DNA of 64,000 nucleotides from Candidatus Eiseniibacteriota bacterium (GTDB lineage Bacteria; Eisenbacteria; RBG-16-71-46): NCBI GenBank assembly GCA_044223005.1, contig JBGAML010000008.1, positions 111,962 to 175,961 of the forward strand, read 5' to 3'. Shown piece by piece: positions 48,697 to 56,273 of this stretch (position 1 is its first letter; each line of letters starts with the position of its first letter). The notes under the pieces were generated by a model. It saw only the letters and a program-made list of their open reading frames with translations, ran no database searches and was not told where the DNA came from. The position numbers and the translations under genes were made by a program.

Positions 48697-50445
48697 ATGC
48701 GTTTTCGCTTCCCGCGTTTCACTCCGGCACTGTGCGTGACGGCCACGCTCGCCGTCGCCCTGCTTGCGCCCGCCGCGGGCGCCGCGCCCGCCGGGCTCTC
48801 GCCCGCGCAGCAGGTGTGGTTCGACCGGATGCTGCCCGCGCTCGACGCCAGTGCGAACCTCGCCAACAACTTCATGCGGAGCAACGATTCGTACACGATC
48901 GGGCGCGACGGCGGGAACTACACCGAAGCGCTGTGGGTCGCGTGGCTGTCGACCGGGGACAAGCGGTTCCTGGATCGCATGTACGACCTCACGCAGATGG
49001 CGCGCGACTCCCTGCGCGACGCGTGGCGCGACGGCACGACCGACGGCTACACCGACTGGCAGTGGCTGATCGATCCGACGAACGCCACCTACTACGGCAA
49101 GGACACGAACTGGCTCGACGAATCCATCGCGTCGGGCAACGCGGCGCTCTGGATGTATGCCTTCAACGCCAATCGCGGGCTCGACGCGCGCTACGGCGAA
49201 GCCGCCGACTTCTGGCGCGACTGGCTCGAGAACGAGTTCCTCGCCAAGTGGTATTCGCGTGTGGGTGGGGACCCCATGGTGGCGTGGAACACGCCGTACG
49301 CCGCGTTCTACAAGCCCGACACCGAGCCGCGCTCGGCGAACTGGCGCCTGGCCTGGTACCTCTGGAAGGTGACCGGGAACACGTTCTACCGCGACCGCGC
49401 GGACCAGATCGTGGCCGAACTCTCCGGGGCGCAGCTGGACAATCCCGCGCATCCGCTCGCCTGGCGCTGGACCAAGGAGACGAATCCCGCTTCGCAGAGC
49501 TGGCAGCTGGTGAACTACGCCAACTACTACGTCCGCGTGGTGATCGAGATGAATCTCGAGAACCAGGCGTGGTACTCGAGCGACGCGGTCATGAAGAAGT
49601 TCGCCGGCACGTTCCGCGACGTGGTCTATGCGAACAGCAAGCCCGCGCTCACGGCCATGACCAACGACGTCGGCGGCGGTGGCTCGACGGCCTACGCGCT
49701 GTACGCGTTCAACGGCCTCGCGCGCTGGGATTCGACCGGGTTCCTCGCGGACCTCGCCGACAAATCCATCACCGGCGCGGGCAACTACGCGGCCGGCGGG
49801 CTGTCGAAGGCGGCCCGGAACGACGTCTACATCTCCGCGTACGCCATGCTCGCGGTGACGCCGAAGAACTCCGTGCCCACGCTCGTGGCCGCGTTCTCGG
49901 TGACGCCCGGGAGCGACGGCAGCGTGCGCGTGGACTGGGAGCTCGCGCCCGAAGCCGTGGGCGACGGCACCAACGTCTACCGGATCGGCGCGGACGGCGT
50001 GTCGCGCACGCTCGTGAACGCGCAGCCGGTGACCGGCGCGGGACCGCATTCGCTCGTGGACGCGACGCCCAACGAGACGGGCACGCTCGCCTACGAACTG
50101 TGGGAGGTGAGCGGCGGTGTGGAGCGCAACCTGGGCCGCATGAGCGCCTCGCGCGTCGCGAACCCGTCCGGCGTGCGGCTGGCGCCCGCGGCGCCGAACC
50201 CGTTCGAGGGCGCCGTGACGCTGCGCTTCGCCCTCGTGCGCTCGGCGCACGCGCGGCTGGCCGTGATCGATGCGTCCGGGCGGCGCGTTCGCATGCTCGC
50301 CGACGGCGAGATGCCCGCGGGCGAAGCCGCGTTCACGTGGGACGGCCGCGACGACGCCGGGCACGTGCGCGGCAGCGGCGTCTACTTCGCGGTGCTGGAG
50401 ACGGCCGGCGCGCGGCTCGTGCAGCGGATCGCGCGCGTTCGCTGA
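48697..50445 (+). CDS. Secreted aromatic-rich helical-domain protein of unknown function with Ig-like linker and T9SS-CTD (582 aa)
   Basis: RBS AGGAGG; signal peptide; W/Y/N-rich helical N-terminal ~390 aa; AAPNPF...IDASGRRVR...WDGRDDAG...SGVYF. Confidence 0.85.
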   Translation: MRFRFPRFTPALCVTATLAVALLAPAAGAAPAGLSPAQQVWFDRMLPALDASANLANNFMRSNDSYTIGRDGGNYTEALWVAWLSTGDKRFLDRMYDLTQMARDSLRDAWRDGTTDGYTDWQWLIDPTNATYYGKDTNWLDESIASGNAALWMYAFNANRGLDARYGEAADFWRDWLENEFLAKWYSRVGGDPMVAWNTPYAAFYKPDTEPRSANWRLAWYLWKVTGNTFYRDRADQIVAELSGAQLDNPAHPLAWRWTKETNPASQSWQLVNYANYYVRVVIEMNLENQAWYSSDAVMKKFAGTFRDVVYANSKPALTAMTNDVGGGGSTAYALYAFNGLARWDSTGFLADLADKSITGAGNYAAGGLSKAARNDVYISAYAMLAVTPKNSVPTLVAAFSVTPGSDGSVRVDWELAPEAVGDGTNVYRIGADGVSRTLVNAQPVTGAGPHSLVDATPNETGTLAYELWEVSGGVERNLGRMSASRVANPSGVRLAPAAPNPFEGAVTLRFALVRSAHARLAVIDASGRRVRMLADGEMPAGEAAFTWDGRDDAGHVRGSGVYFAVLETAGARLVQRIARVR

Positions 50446-50530
50446 GCGCGCGCGACTGCGCTAGCTTCGGGGCGAGCGTCCGCCGCGCGCCGCGCGGTGG
50501 TCCGCCGTTCGTCCCGGAGCACGCCCGATC

Positions 50531-52060
50531 ATGACGCCCGACGTTCCCGGCTGGGTTCGCGACGCCGTCTTCTACCAGATCTTCCCCGACCGCTTCGCCG
50601 CGTCGTCGCGCGTGCGCAAGCCCGGTCCGCTCGAGCCCTGGGACGCGCCGCCCACGCCGCACGGCTACAAGGGCGGCGACCTGCTCGGCATCGTCGAGCG
50701 GCTCGACGAGATCCAGGACCTCGGCGTCACCGCGCTCTACCTGACGCCCATCTTCACGTCCGCGTCGAACCACCGCTATCACACCTACGACTACCTCGAG
50801 GTGGACCCGCTGCTCGGCGGCACCGCGGCGCTGCGCGAGCTCGTCGACACGCTCCACGCGCGCGGCATGCGGATCGTGCTGGACGGCGTGTTCAACCACA
50901 CCGGCCGCGGGTTCTGGCCGTTCCACCACGTCGTGGAGTCGGGCCTGCAGTCGCCGTACGCCGACTGGTTCCACCTCGACCGCGAGTGGCTCGAGGCCGG
51001 TCACGGGCTGCAGCCCTATCCCGGCCGCGGCGCCGCGGACGGCCACGCGGCGAAGCCGCGCACCGGCTACGGCGCGTGGTGGAACCTGCCCGCGCTGCCC
51101 AAGCTCAACACCTCGCATCCGCCTGTGCGCGAGTACCTCTGGTCCGTCGCGGAGCACTGGCTGCGCTTCGGGATCGACGGCTGGCGGCTCGACGTGCCCA
51201 CCGAGATCGACGACGAGCCGTTCTGGCGCGAGTTCCGCCGCCGCTGCCGCGCCGTGAACCCTGAAGTCTACCTCGTCGGCGAGATCTGGGTGGTGGCGCC
51301 CGAGTGGCTGCGTGGCGACCGCTTCGATGCGCTGATGAACTATCCGCTGCAGCTGGCGCTGCTCTCGTACACGGCCGGCGGCACGCTGGATCGTACGCAT
51401 CTCGCCGCGCACCACGTGCTCGCCGAGGGTGCCGTACCCGCCGACGCGGCGGCGTTCCTCGCGCGCCTGCGCGAGATCCTCGCCGCCTACGCGCCCGCCA
51501 CCAACGCCGCGCAGCTGAACCTGCTCTCGAGCCACGACGTGCCGCGCTTCCGCTCGCTCGCGGGCGGCGACGTCACCGCGTTCCAGCTCGCGACGCTGCT
51601 GCAGGCCACGCTGCCCGGGGCGCCGTGCGTCTACTACGGTGACGAGATCGGCATGGCGGGCGGCCGCGACCCCGACTGCCGCCGCGCGTTCCCGGCCGGC
51701 GAGCTCGGGCGCGACGACGCGCTGCGCGACGGCGTGCGCGCGCTGCTCCACGCGCGCGCGGCGCACCCGGCGCTGCGCGCGGATCGCGTCGAGCCGCTCG
51801 GGAGCATCGCGCACGCGCTGCTGCTCGGGCGCGGGGGCGCGGACGATCCGTCCGCGCGCGGCGAGTTCGCGATCGTCGGCACCAACGCCGGGCTCGCACC
51901 CGCGACCGTGACGCTGCGCGTTCCCGCACTCGCCGGCCGCAGGCTGCGGCCGCTCGCGCTGCCCGGCTTCGCGCCGCTGGCGCCGATCGCGCCCGGCGCG
52001 GACGGCGCGGCGGCGGTGTCGCTCGCGGCGCGTTCGGGCGGGATCTGGATCGCGGACTGA
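50531..52060 (+). CDS. GH13 neopullulanase/cyclomaltodextrinase-like alpha-glycosidase
   Basis: WVRDAVFYQIFPDRF, GGDLLG, SNHRY, DGVFNH, GWRLDV, VGEIW, SSHD, YYGDEIG, DPDCRR. Confidence 0.92.
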   Translation: MTPDVPGWVRDAVFYQIFPDRFAASSRVRKPGPLEPWDAPPTPHGYKGGDLLGIVERLDEIQDLGVTALYLTPIFTSASNHRYHTYDYLEVDPLLGGTAALRELVDTLHARGMRIVLDGVFNHTGRGFWPFHHVVESGLQSPYADWFHLDREWLEAGHGLQPYPGRGAADGHAAKPRTGYGAWWNLPALPKLNTSHPPVREYLWSVAEHWLRFGIDGWRLDVPTEIDDEPFWREFRRRCRAVNPEVYLVGEIWVVAPEWLRGDRFDALMNYPLQLALLSYTAGGTLDRTHLAAHHVLAEGAVPADAAAFLARLREILAAYAPATNAAQLNLLSSHDVPRFRSLAGGDVTAFQLATLLQATLPGAPCVYYGDEIGMAGGRDPDCRRAFPAGELGRDDALRDGVRALLHARAAHPALRADRVEPLGSIAHALLLGRGGADDPSARGEFAIVGTNAGLAPATVTLRVPALAGRRLRPLALPGFAPLAPIAPGADGAAAVSLAARSGGIWIAD

Positions 52061-52076
52061 GCCGGTGCCGGCCGCG

Positions 52077-52460
52077 TCAGCGCGGGCCGCGCGGCGTGTC
52101 GCGCACGTAGACCTGGCCGTCCTCGTGCACTTCGAGCGTGTAGCGCATCGGCGTCACTGCCACGCCTGCGAGGCCGCCCGTCCAGTTCGACTCCGCCATG
52201 CGGTCGGCGAACTGCCACACGAGGCGGAACTCCGATGGGCTCGAGTTGCGGAACGTGAAGGTCGCGTCCGCGCCGTCGGCGAGGTCCTCGCGGACCTGCG
52301 TCTGGCCGGCCACGGTGAGCCGGACGCGCGTCATCTCGTGTCCCGAACCGTTGTGGATCACGGCCTCGTTCGCGTCGTCCCGACGTTGCAGCATGTCGCG
52401 GTGGTTCCAGCCGTACCACGCGACGAACGCGAAGATCGCGAGCCAGACGAGTCGCTTCAT
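52077..52460 (-). CDS. Hypothetical N-anchored/exported protein (127 aa)
   Basis: MKRLVWLAIFAFVAWYGW anchor followed by a beta-rich domain. Confidence 0.7.
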   Translation of the reverse strand: MKRLVWLAIFAFVAWYGWNHRDMLQRRDDANEAVIHNGSGHEMTRVRLTVAGQTQVREDLADGADATFTFRNSSPSEFRLVWQFADRMAESNWTGGLAGVAVTPMRYTLEVHEDGQVYVRDTPRGPR

Positions 52461-52578
52461 CGGATCCCTCCGTCCCGGCACGCCGCGGGTGCCGGATGGC
52501 GCGCGCGCCGGGGCCCGGCGCACGCGGCGAGCCTACACCGCCGGCCGCCCATCGCGGCGGCCGGCGTGCGGGAACCGG

Positions 52579-53982
52579 TCACGTTCCGGGCGGGCGTTGC
52601 GTGTGCCACGACGACGCGGCCTGGTGCGCGACGCCGATCTCGAGCAGCGTCCGCTCGCCGAGCACCGGCCCGAGGAACGCGATCGAGGTCGGGAGGCCGT
52701 TCTCGCCGAATCCCGACGGCAGCGCGATCGCCGGCAGGCCCGCGAGGTTGCCGGCCGGGATCACGGGCGGACCGCCGCTCACGCCCGGGTAGACGCTGCC
52801 GAACGCCTGGTCGGCGGGGTAGGCGACCGTCGCGCGCGTCGGCGTCGCGATCGCGTCGAAGCGCTCGAACAGCTTCGCCATCGCCGCGCGCATCGGGCGG
52901 CGCAGCCGCATCGCCTGCAGGTAGTCGACGGCGGGCGTGAGCAGCGCCGCGTAGCCGCCCGTGCGATCCGCCGGGCAGCGCAGCTTCGCCGCGTCGCCCG
53001 AGTCGAGCAGGTCGCGGAACGCGGCGGCGCCCTCGGCGCCCACGATCGTCCCCACCGCGGCGCCCCACGGGAAGTCCGGCCACTCGACGTCGCGCGTCAC
53101 CGCGATCCGCGGCCCGAGTCCGGCGAGGGCCGTTTCGAAGTTGTCGCGCACCGCCGGCTGCACCTTCTCGACGCAGCCCTTCGGCACGCCGATCCGCCAC
53201 GGCTTCGCCGCACGCCGCGGGCCGCTCCACGCGAACGCGCGCCCGAGGCACGACTCGTCGCGCGGATCCGCGCCCGCGATCGCCGCGAGCACGAGCCCCG
53301 CGTCGTCGGCCGAGCGCGTCATGGGCCCGAGCTTGTCGAGCGTCCACGAGAGCGCCATCGCGCCGTGCCGGCTGACGAGCCCGTACGTGGGCCGCAGGCC
53401 GGTGACACCACAGAACGCCGACGGCGTGAGGATCGAGCCGGACGTCTCGGAGCCGATCGCGAACGGCACGAGCCCCGCCGCGACCGCGGCGCCCGGACCG
53501 CTCGAGGAGCCGCCGCTCCAGAACGCGGTGTTCCACGGCGTGAGGCCCGGGCCCGTGAACGACGCGTCGGCGTGGTCGTAGCCGAAGCCGCCCGCGAGTT
53601 CGACCATCGCGAGCTTGGCGACCAGCACCGCGCCCGCGTCGCGCAGCCTCGCGACCACCGCGGCGTCCTCGTCGAACACCTGGTGGCGGTAAGGCTCGGC
53701 GCCCCACGTGGTCGGGATGCCCTTCGTGGCCAGCAGGTCCTTCACGCCGTAGGGAATCCCGTGCAGCGGACCGCGCACGTGTCCGGCACGAAGCTCGGTT
53801 TCGGCGGCGCGCGCCTCGGCCAGCGCGCGCTCGCGCGTCGGCGTGACCACCGCGTTGTAGCGCGGCCCCAGCGACTCGAGCCGCGCGAGGCTCGCCTCGG
53901 CGAGCGCGACGGGGGAGAGCGAGTGGTCGCGCAACTTCGCGCCGAGCACGCGCAGCGGCTGGAAGAGCAGGTCGTCGCTCAT
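52579..53982 (-). CDS. Amidase-signature family amidase (467 aa)
   Basis: GPLHGIPYGVKDL, SGGSSSG, IGSETSGSI, PSAFCGVTGLRPTYG; RBS GAGG. Confidence 0.92.
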   Translation of the reverse strand: MSDDLLFQPLRVLGAKLRDHSLSPVALAEASLARLESLGPRYNAVVTPTRERALAEARAAETELRAGHVRGPLHGIPYGVKDLLATKGIPTTWGAEPYRHQVFDEDAAVVARLRDAGAVLVAKLAMVELAGGFGYDHADASFTGPGLTPWNTAFWSGGSSSGPGAAVAAGLVPFAIGSETSGSILTPSAFCGVTGLRPTYGLVSRHGAMALSWTLDKLGPMTRSADDAGLVLAAIAGADPRDESCLGRAFAWSGPRRAAKPWRIGVPKGCVEKVQPAVRDNFETALAGLGPRIAVTRDVEWPDFPWGAAVGTIVGAEGAAAFRDLLDSGDAAKLRCPADRTGGYAALLTPAVDYLQAMRLRRPMRAAMAKLFERFDAIATPTRATVAYPADQAFGSVYPGVSGGPPVIPAGNLAGLPAIALPSGFGENGLPTSIAFLGPVLGERTLLEIGVAHQAASSWHTQRPPGT

Positions 53983-53989
53983 GGCCGCC

Positions 53990-54337
53990 TCACGCGCGGA
54001 AGACGGTGTCGGGACCGTCACCATTCGCGAGCCGCACCGCGTGCAGGCGCTTGCCGGCCGCGAGGTCGCCGTCGAAGTCGCTCGTGACCGACGACCACTG
54101 CGCGGTGTCGAGGCGGTCGCCGTAGCGCGCGCGCAGCACCTGCGCGAGCGCCTGCGCTTCGGGCGACGGCGTCTCGCTCGCGGGTGCCGCCGGTGGCGCG
54201 GGCGCCGCCGGGGCCACGGGCGCGCCCTGCGCGAACGCGATCGCGCCGGGCGGCAGCACGCCGGCGACACCGGCCGCGGCGAGCCGCTGGAGGAACGCGC
54301 GGCGCCCGGCATCCGGGCGCGGGGAAGGAGCAGGCAT
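53990..54337 (-). CDS. Tat-signal small protein, GatC/AtzG-like amidase partner (115 aa)
   Basis: RBS GGAGG; GRRAFL Tat motif, Pro/Ala linker, helical domain ending RLHAVRLANGDGPDTVFRA; 7 bp upstream of the amidase. Confidence 0.75.
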   Translation of the reverse strand: MPAPSPRPDAGRRAFLQRLAAAGVAGVLPPGAIAFAQGAPVAPAAPAPPAAPASETPSPEAQALAQVLRARYGDRLDTAQWSSVTSDFDGDLAAGKRLHAVRLANGDGPDTVFRA

Positions 54338-54499
54338 GGGCACCTCCGGTCGGGGACGGAGCCGCGAACGGAGTCGCGGATCGTTCGCACGGCGAGTTCG
54401 CGGACGCAGCCTAGCGCGAATCGGCCGCCCGATCCGCCGCGAATCGGCGTGGCGCCCACCGCGCTTGCCCGGCGGGCCGCCGACCGGCACGCTGCGCTC

Positions 54500-55312
54500 G
54501 TGAACGACGACTCGCACCAGCCGTCCGACGACGGGATCGAGCTCGAGGCGGCGGGCTGGGTGCCGCCCGATCCGCACGAGCGGCCGCCCGTGGAGCTCTG
54601 GCGCGCCGTCGGCGACGTGCGCCCGTGGGGCACGCTGCTGATGCTGCTCGCGTGGGGCGTCGCCTACCTGCTGCTCGGCGCGCACGGTGCGCTGGGCGAC
54701 GCCGACGCGCTCGCGGACTGGGGCGCCAACGCGATCGGGCAGCCGCCGGCGTCCGCGGCGTGGCGGCTGCTCGCCTCGACCTTCCTGCACTCGGGATTCG
54801 TGCACCTGTTCTTCAACGCGACCAGCATGCTCGTGCTCGGCCCCACGATGGAGCGGCTGTTCACGCGCTGGGGCTTCGCGGTCGTCTACGCGTTCGGCGG
54901 CATCGCCGCGTCGGCCGCCAGCCTGGCGTGGCGCACGTGGCCGGGCTCCGGCGGCGCGGGCGTGAGCGTGGGCGCCTCGGGCGCGATCTTCGCGCTCGGT
55001 GGCGCGACGCTCGTGGCCGCGCTGCGGCTGCGCCGGCAGCTCGCGCCGACGCGCGCGCGGGCGATGGGCGCGGCGCTCCTCTACCTGGTCGCGCCCGGGC
55101 TCGCCTCGGGCTTCTCGCACCCGGGTACCGACAACGCGGCGCACGCGGCCGGCGTGCTCGCCGGCCTGCTGTTCGGCGCGGTGCTGCCGCTGCACCCGCG
55201 GCTCGCGGGCGAGACCGTGCCGGCGGCCGAGCGTGTGCTCGCGGTGCTCGCCGTGCTGGCGCTGGCCGCGTCGTTCGCGGCCGGGATCGCGAGCGGGCTC
55301 GCCGCCGGCTGA
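54500..55312 (+). CDS. Rhomboid intramembrane serine protease
   Basis: WRLLASTFLH.GFVHLFFN, VGASGAIF, DNAAHAAG. Start codon uncertain. Confidence 0.9.
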   Translation: MNDDSHQPSDDGIELEAAGWVPPDPHERPPVELWRAVGDVRPWGTLLMLLAWGVAYLLLGAHGALGDADALADWGANAIGQPPASAAWRLLASTFLHSGFVHLFFNATSMLVLGPTMERLFTRWGFAVVYAFGGIAASAASLAWRTWPGSGGAGVSVGASGAIFALGGATLVAALRLRRQLAPTRARAMGAALLYLVAPGLASGFSHPGTDNAAHAAGVLAGLLFGAVLPLHPRLAGETVPAAERVLAVLAVLALAASFAAGIASGLAAG

Positions 55313-55414
55313 GGCGCTTGCGCCGCGCCCGCGCGCGCGGCGACACTCCCGCTGCCGCGCGTGGCCCCCCGCACCGGCGTGGCGCTCCCCGAAACCGACC
55401 CCCGGAGGTTCGCC

Positions 55415-56062
55415 GTGAAGCATGGACGCCTGTTCGCCGCCGCCGCATTGCTCTCGCTCCTCGCCGTTCCCGCCGCGTTCGCCCAGGCCTCCGTTGGCCT
55501 CAAGGCGGGCCTGAGCGTGTCGCGCTTCTCGACCGATTTCGGCGACACGAAGTGGCGCAACGGCGCCGCGGGCGGAATCGTGGTCACGATGCCGCTCGCC
55601 AGCGGTTTCTCGTTCGCGCCCGAACTGCTCTACGTGCGCAAGGGCGCCACGCTCACCTCGACCAACGTCACCGTCGGCGGCATCCCGGTCGCGAAGCTCG
55701 AGACGGGCTTCGACCTCGACTACGTCGAGTTGCCGCTCATGCTCCGCTGGTCGCCGCCGTCGCCCGGTCCCGCGTCGATCTTCTTCGCCGGCGGCCCCAC
55801 CGTGAGCGTGAAGGCGAACGAGGCATTCACGACCTCGGGTGTCGTCGGCTACTCGTTCGGCACCGATCAGGCGAAGAGCACGGACTTCGGCGTCGCGGTC
55901 GGCGCCGGCGCGGGCCTGAAGTCCGGTGGCATCCGCTGGACGCTCGAAGGCCGCTGGGAGTTCGGGCTCGCGAACATCTCCAGCCTGCCCTTCGGCGGCG
56001 ACGTGAAGAACTCGGGTGGCCAGGTGCTGCTCGGTGCGGAGTTCCCGCTCGGCGTGCACTGA
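55415..56062 (+). CDS. PorT-like outer-membrane beta-barrel (porin family) protein (215 aa)
   Basis: RBS GGAGG + GTG; AFA-QASVGLKAGLSVS, FSFAPELLYVRKG, LDYVELPL, DFGVAVGAG, LEGRWEFGL. Confidence 0.8.
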   Translation: MKHGRLFAAAALLSLLAVPAAFAQASVGLKAGLSVSRFSTDFGDTKWRNGAAGGIVVTMPLASGFSFAPELLYVRKGATLTSTNVTVGGIPVAKLETGFDLDYVELPLMLRWSPPSPGPASIFFAGGPTVSVKANEAFTTSGVVGYSFGTDQAKSTDFGVAVGAGAGLKSGGIRWTLEGRWEFGLANISSLPFGGDVKNSGGQVLLGAEFPLGVH

Positions 56063-56090
56063 CCGCCGGGCGCGCGACGCGCGAGTTTCC

Positions 56091-56120
56091 ACGGGCGGCC
56101 CGGAATCCCGGGCCGTCCGT
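56091..56120. terminator. 13-bp hairpin (one G-U pair) after the porin gene
   Basis: ACGGGCGGCCCGG-AATC-CCGGGCCGTCCGT. Confidence 0.5.
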
Positions 56121-56273
56121 CGCATTGCCGGGAATCACGCACGGCGGCCTCGGGCCCGGCTGCAAAAACCCTGTTAGGTCCGGTTCCCCGGCGCGAAAGG
56201 CCTTCATCCGTGGCCGGCGGAGTCCCCCCATCGCCGCCGGCGCATTCCCCGCCCGCCTCCAGGAGGCCACCCC

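Noticed and set aside
52579..53982. Calling the amidase gatA
   Set aside because: No gatB adjacent, the catalytic region reads GSETSGS, and the partner gene carries a Tat signal.
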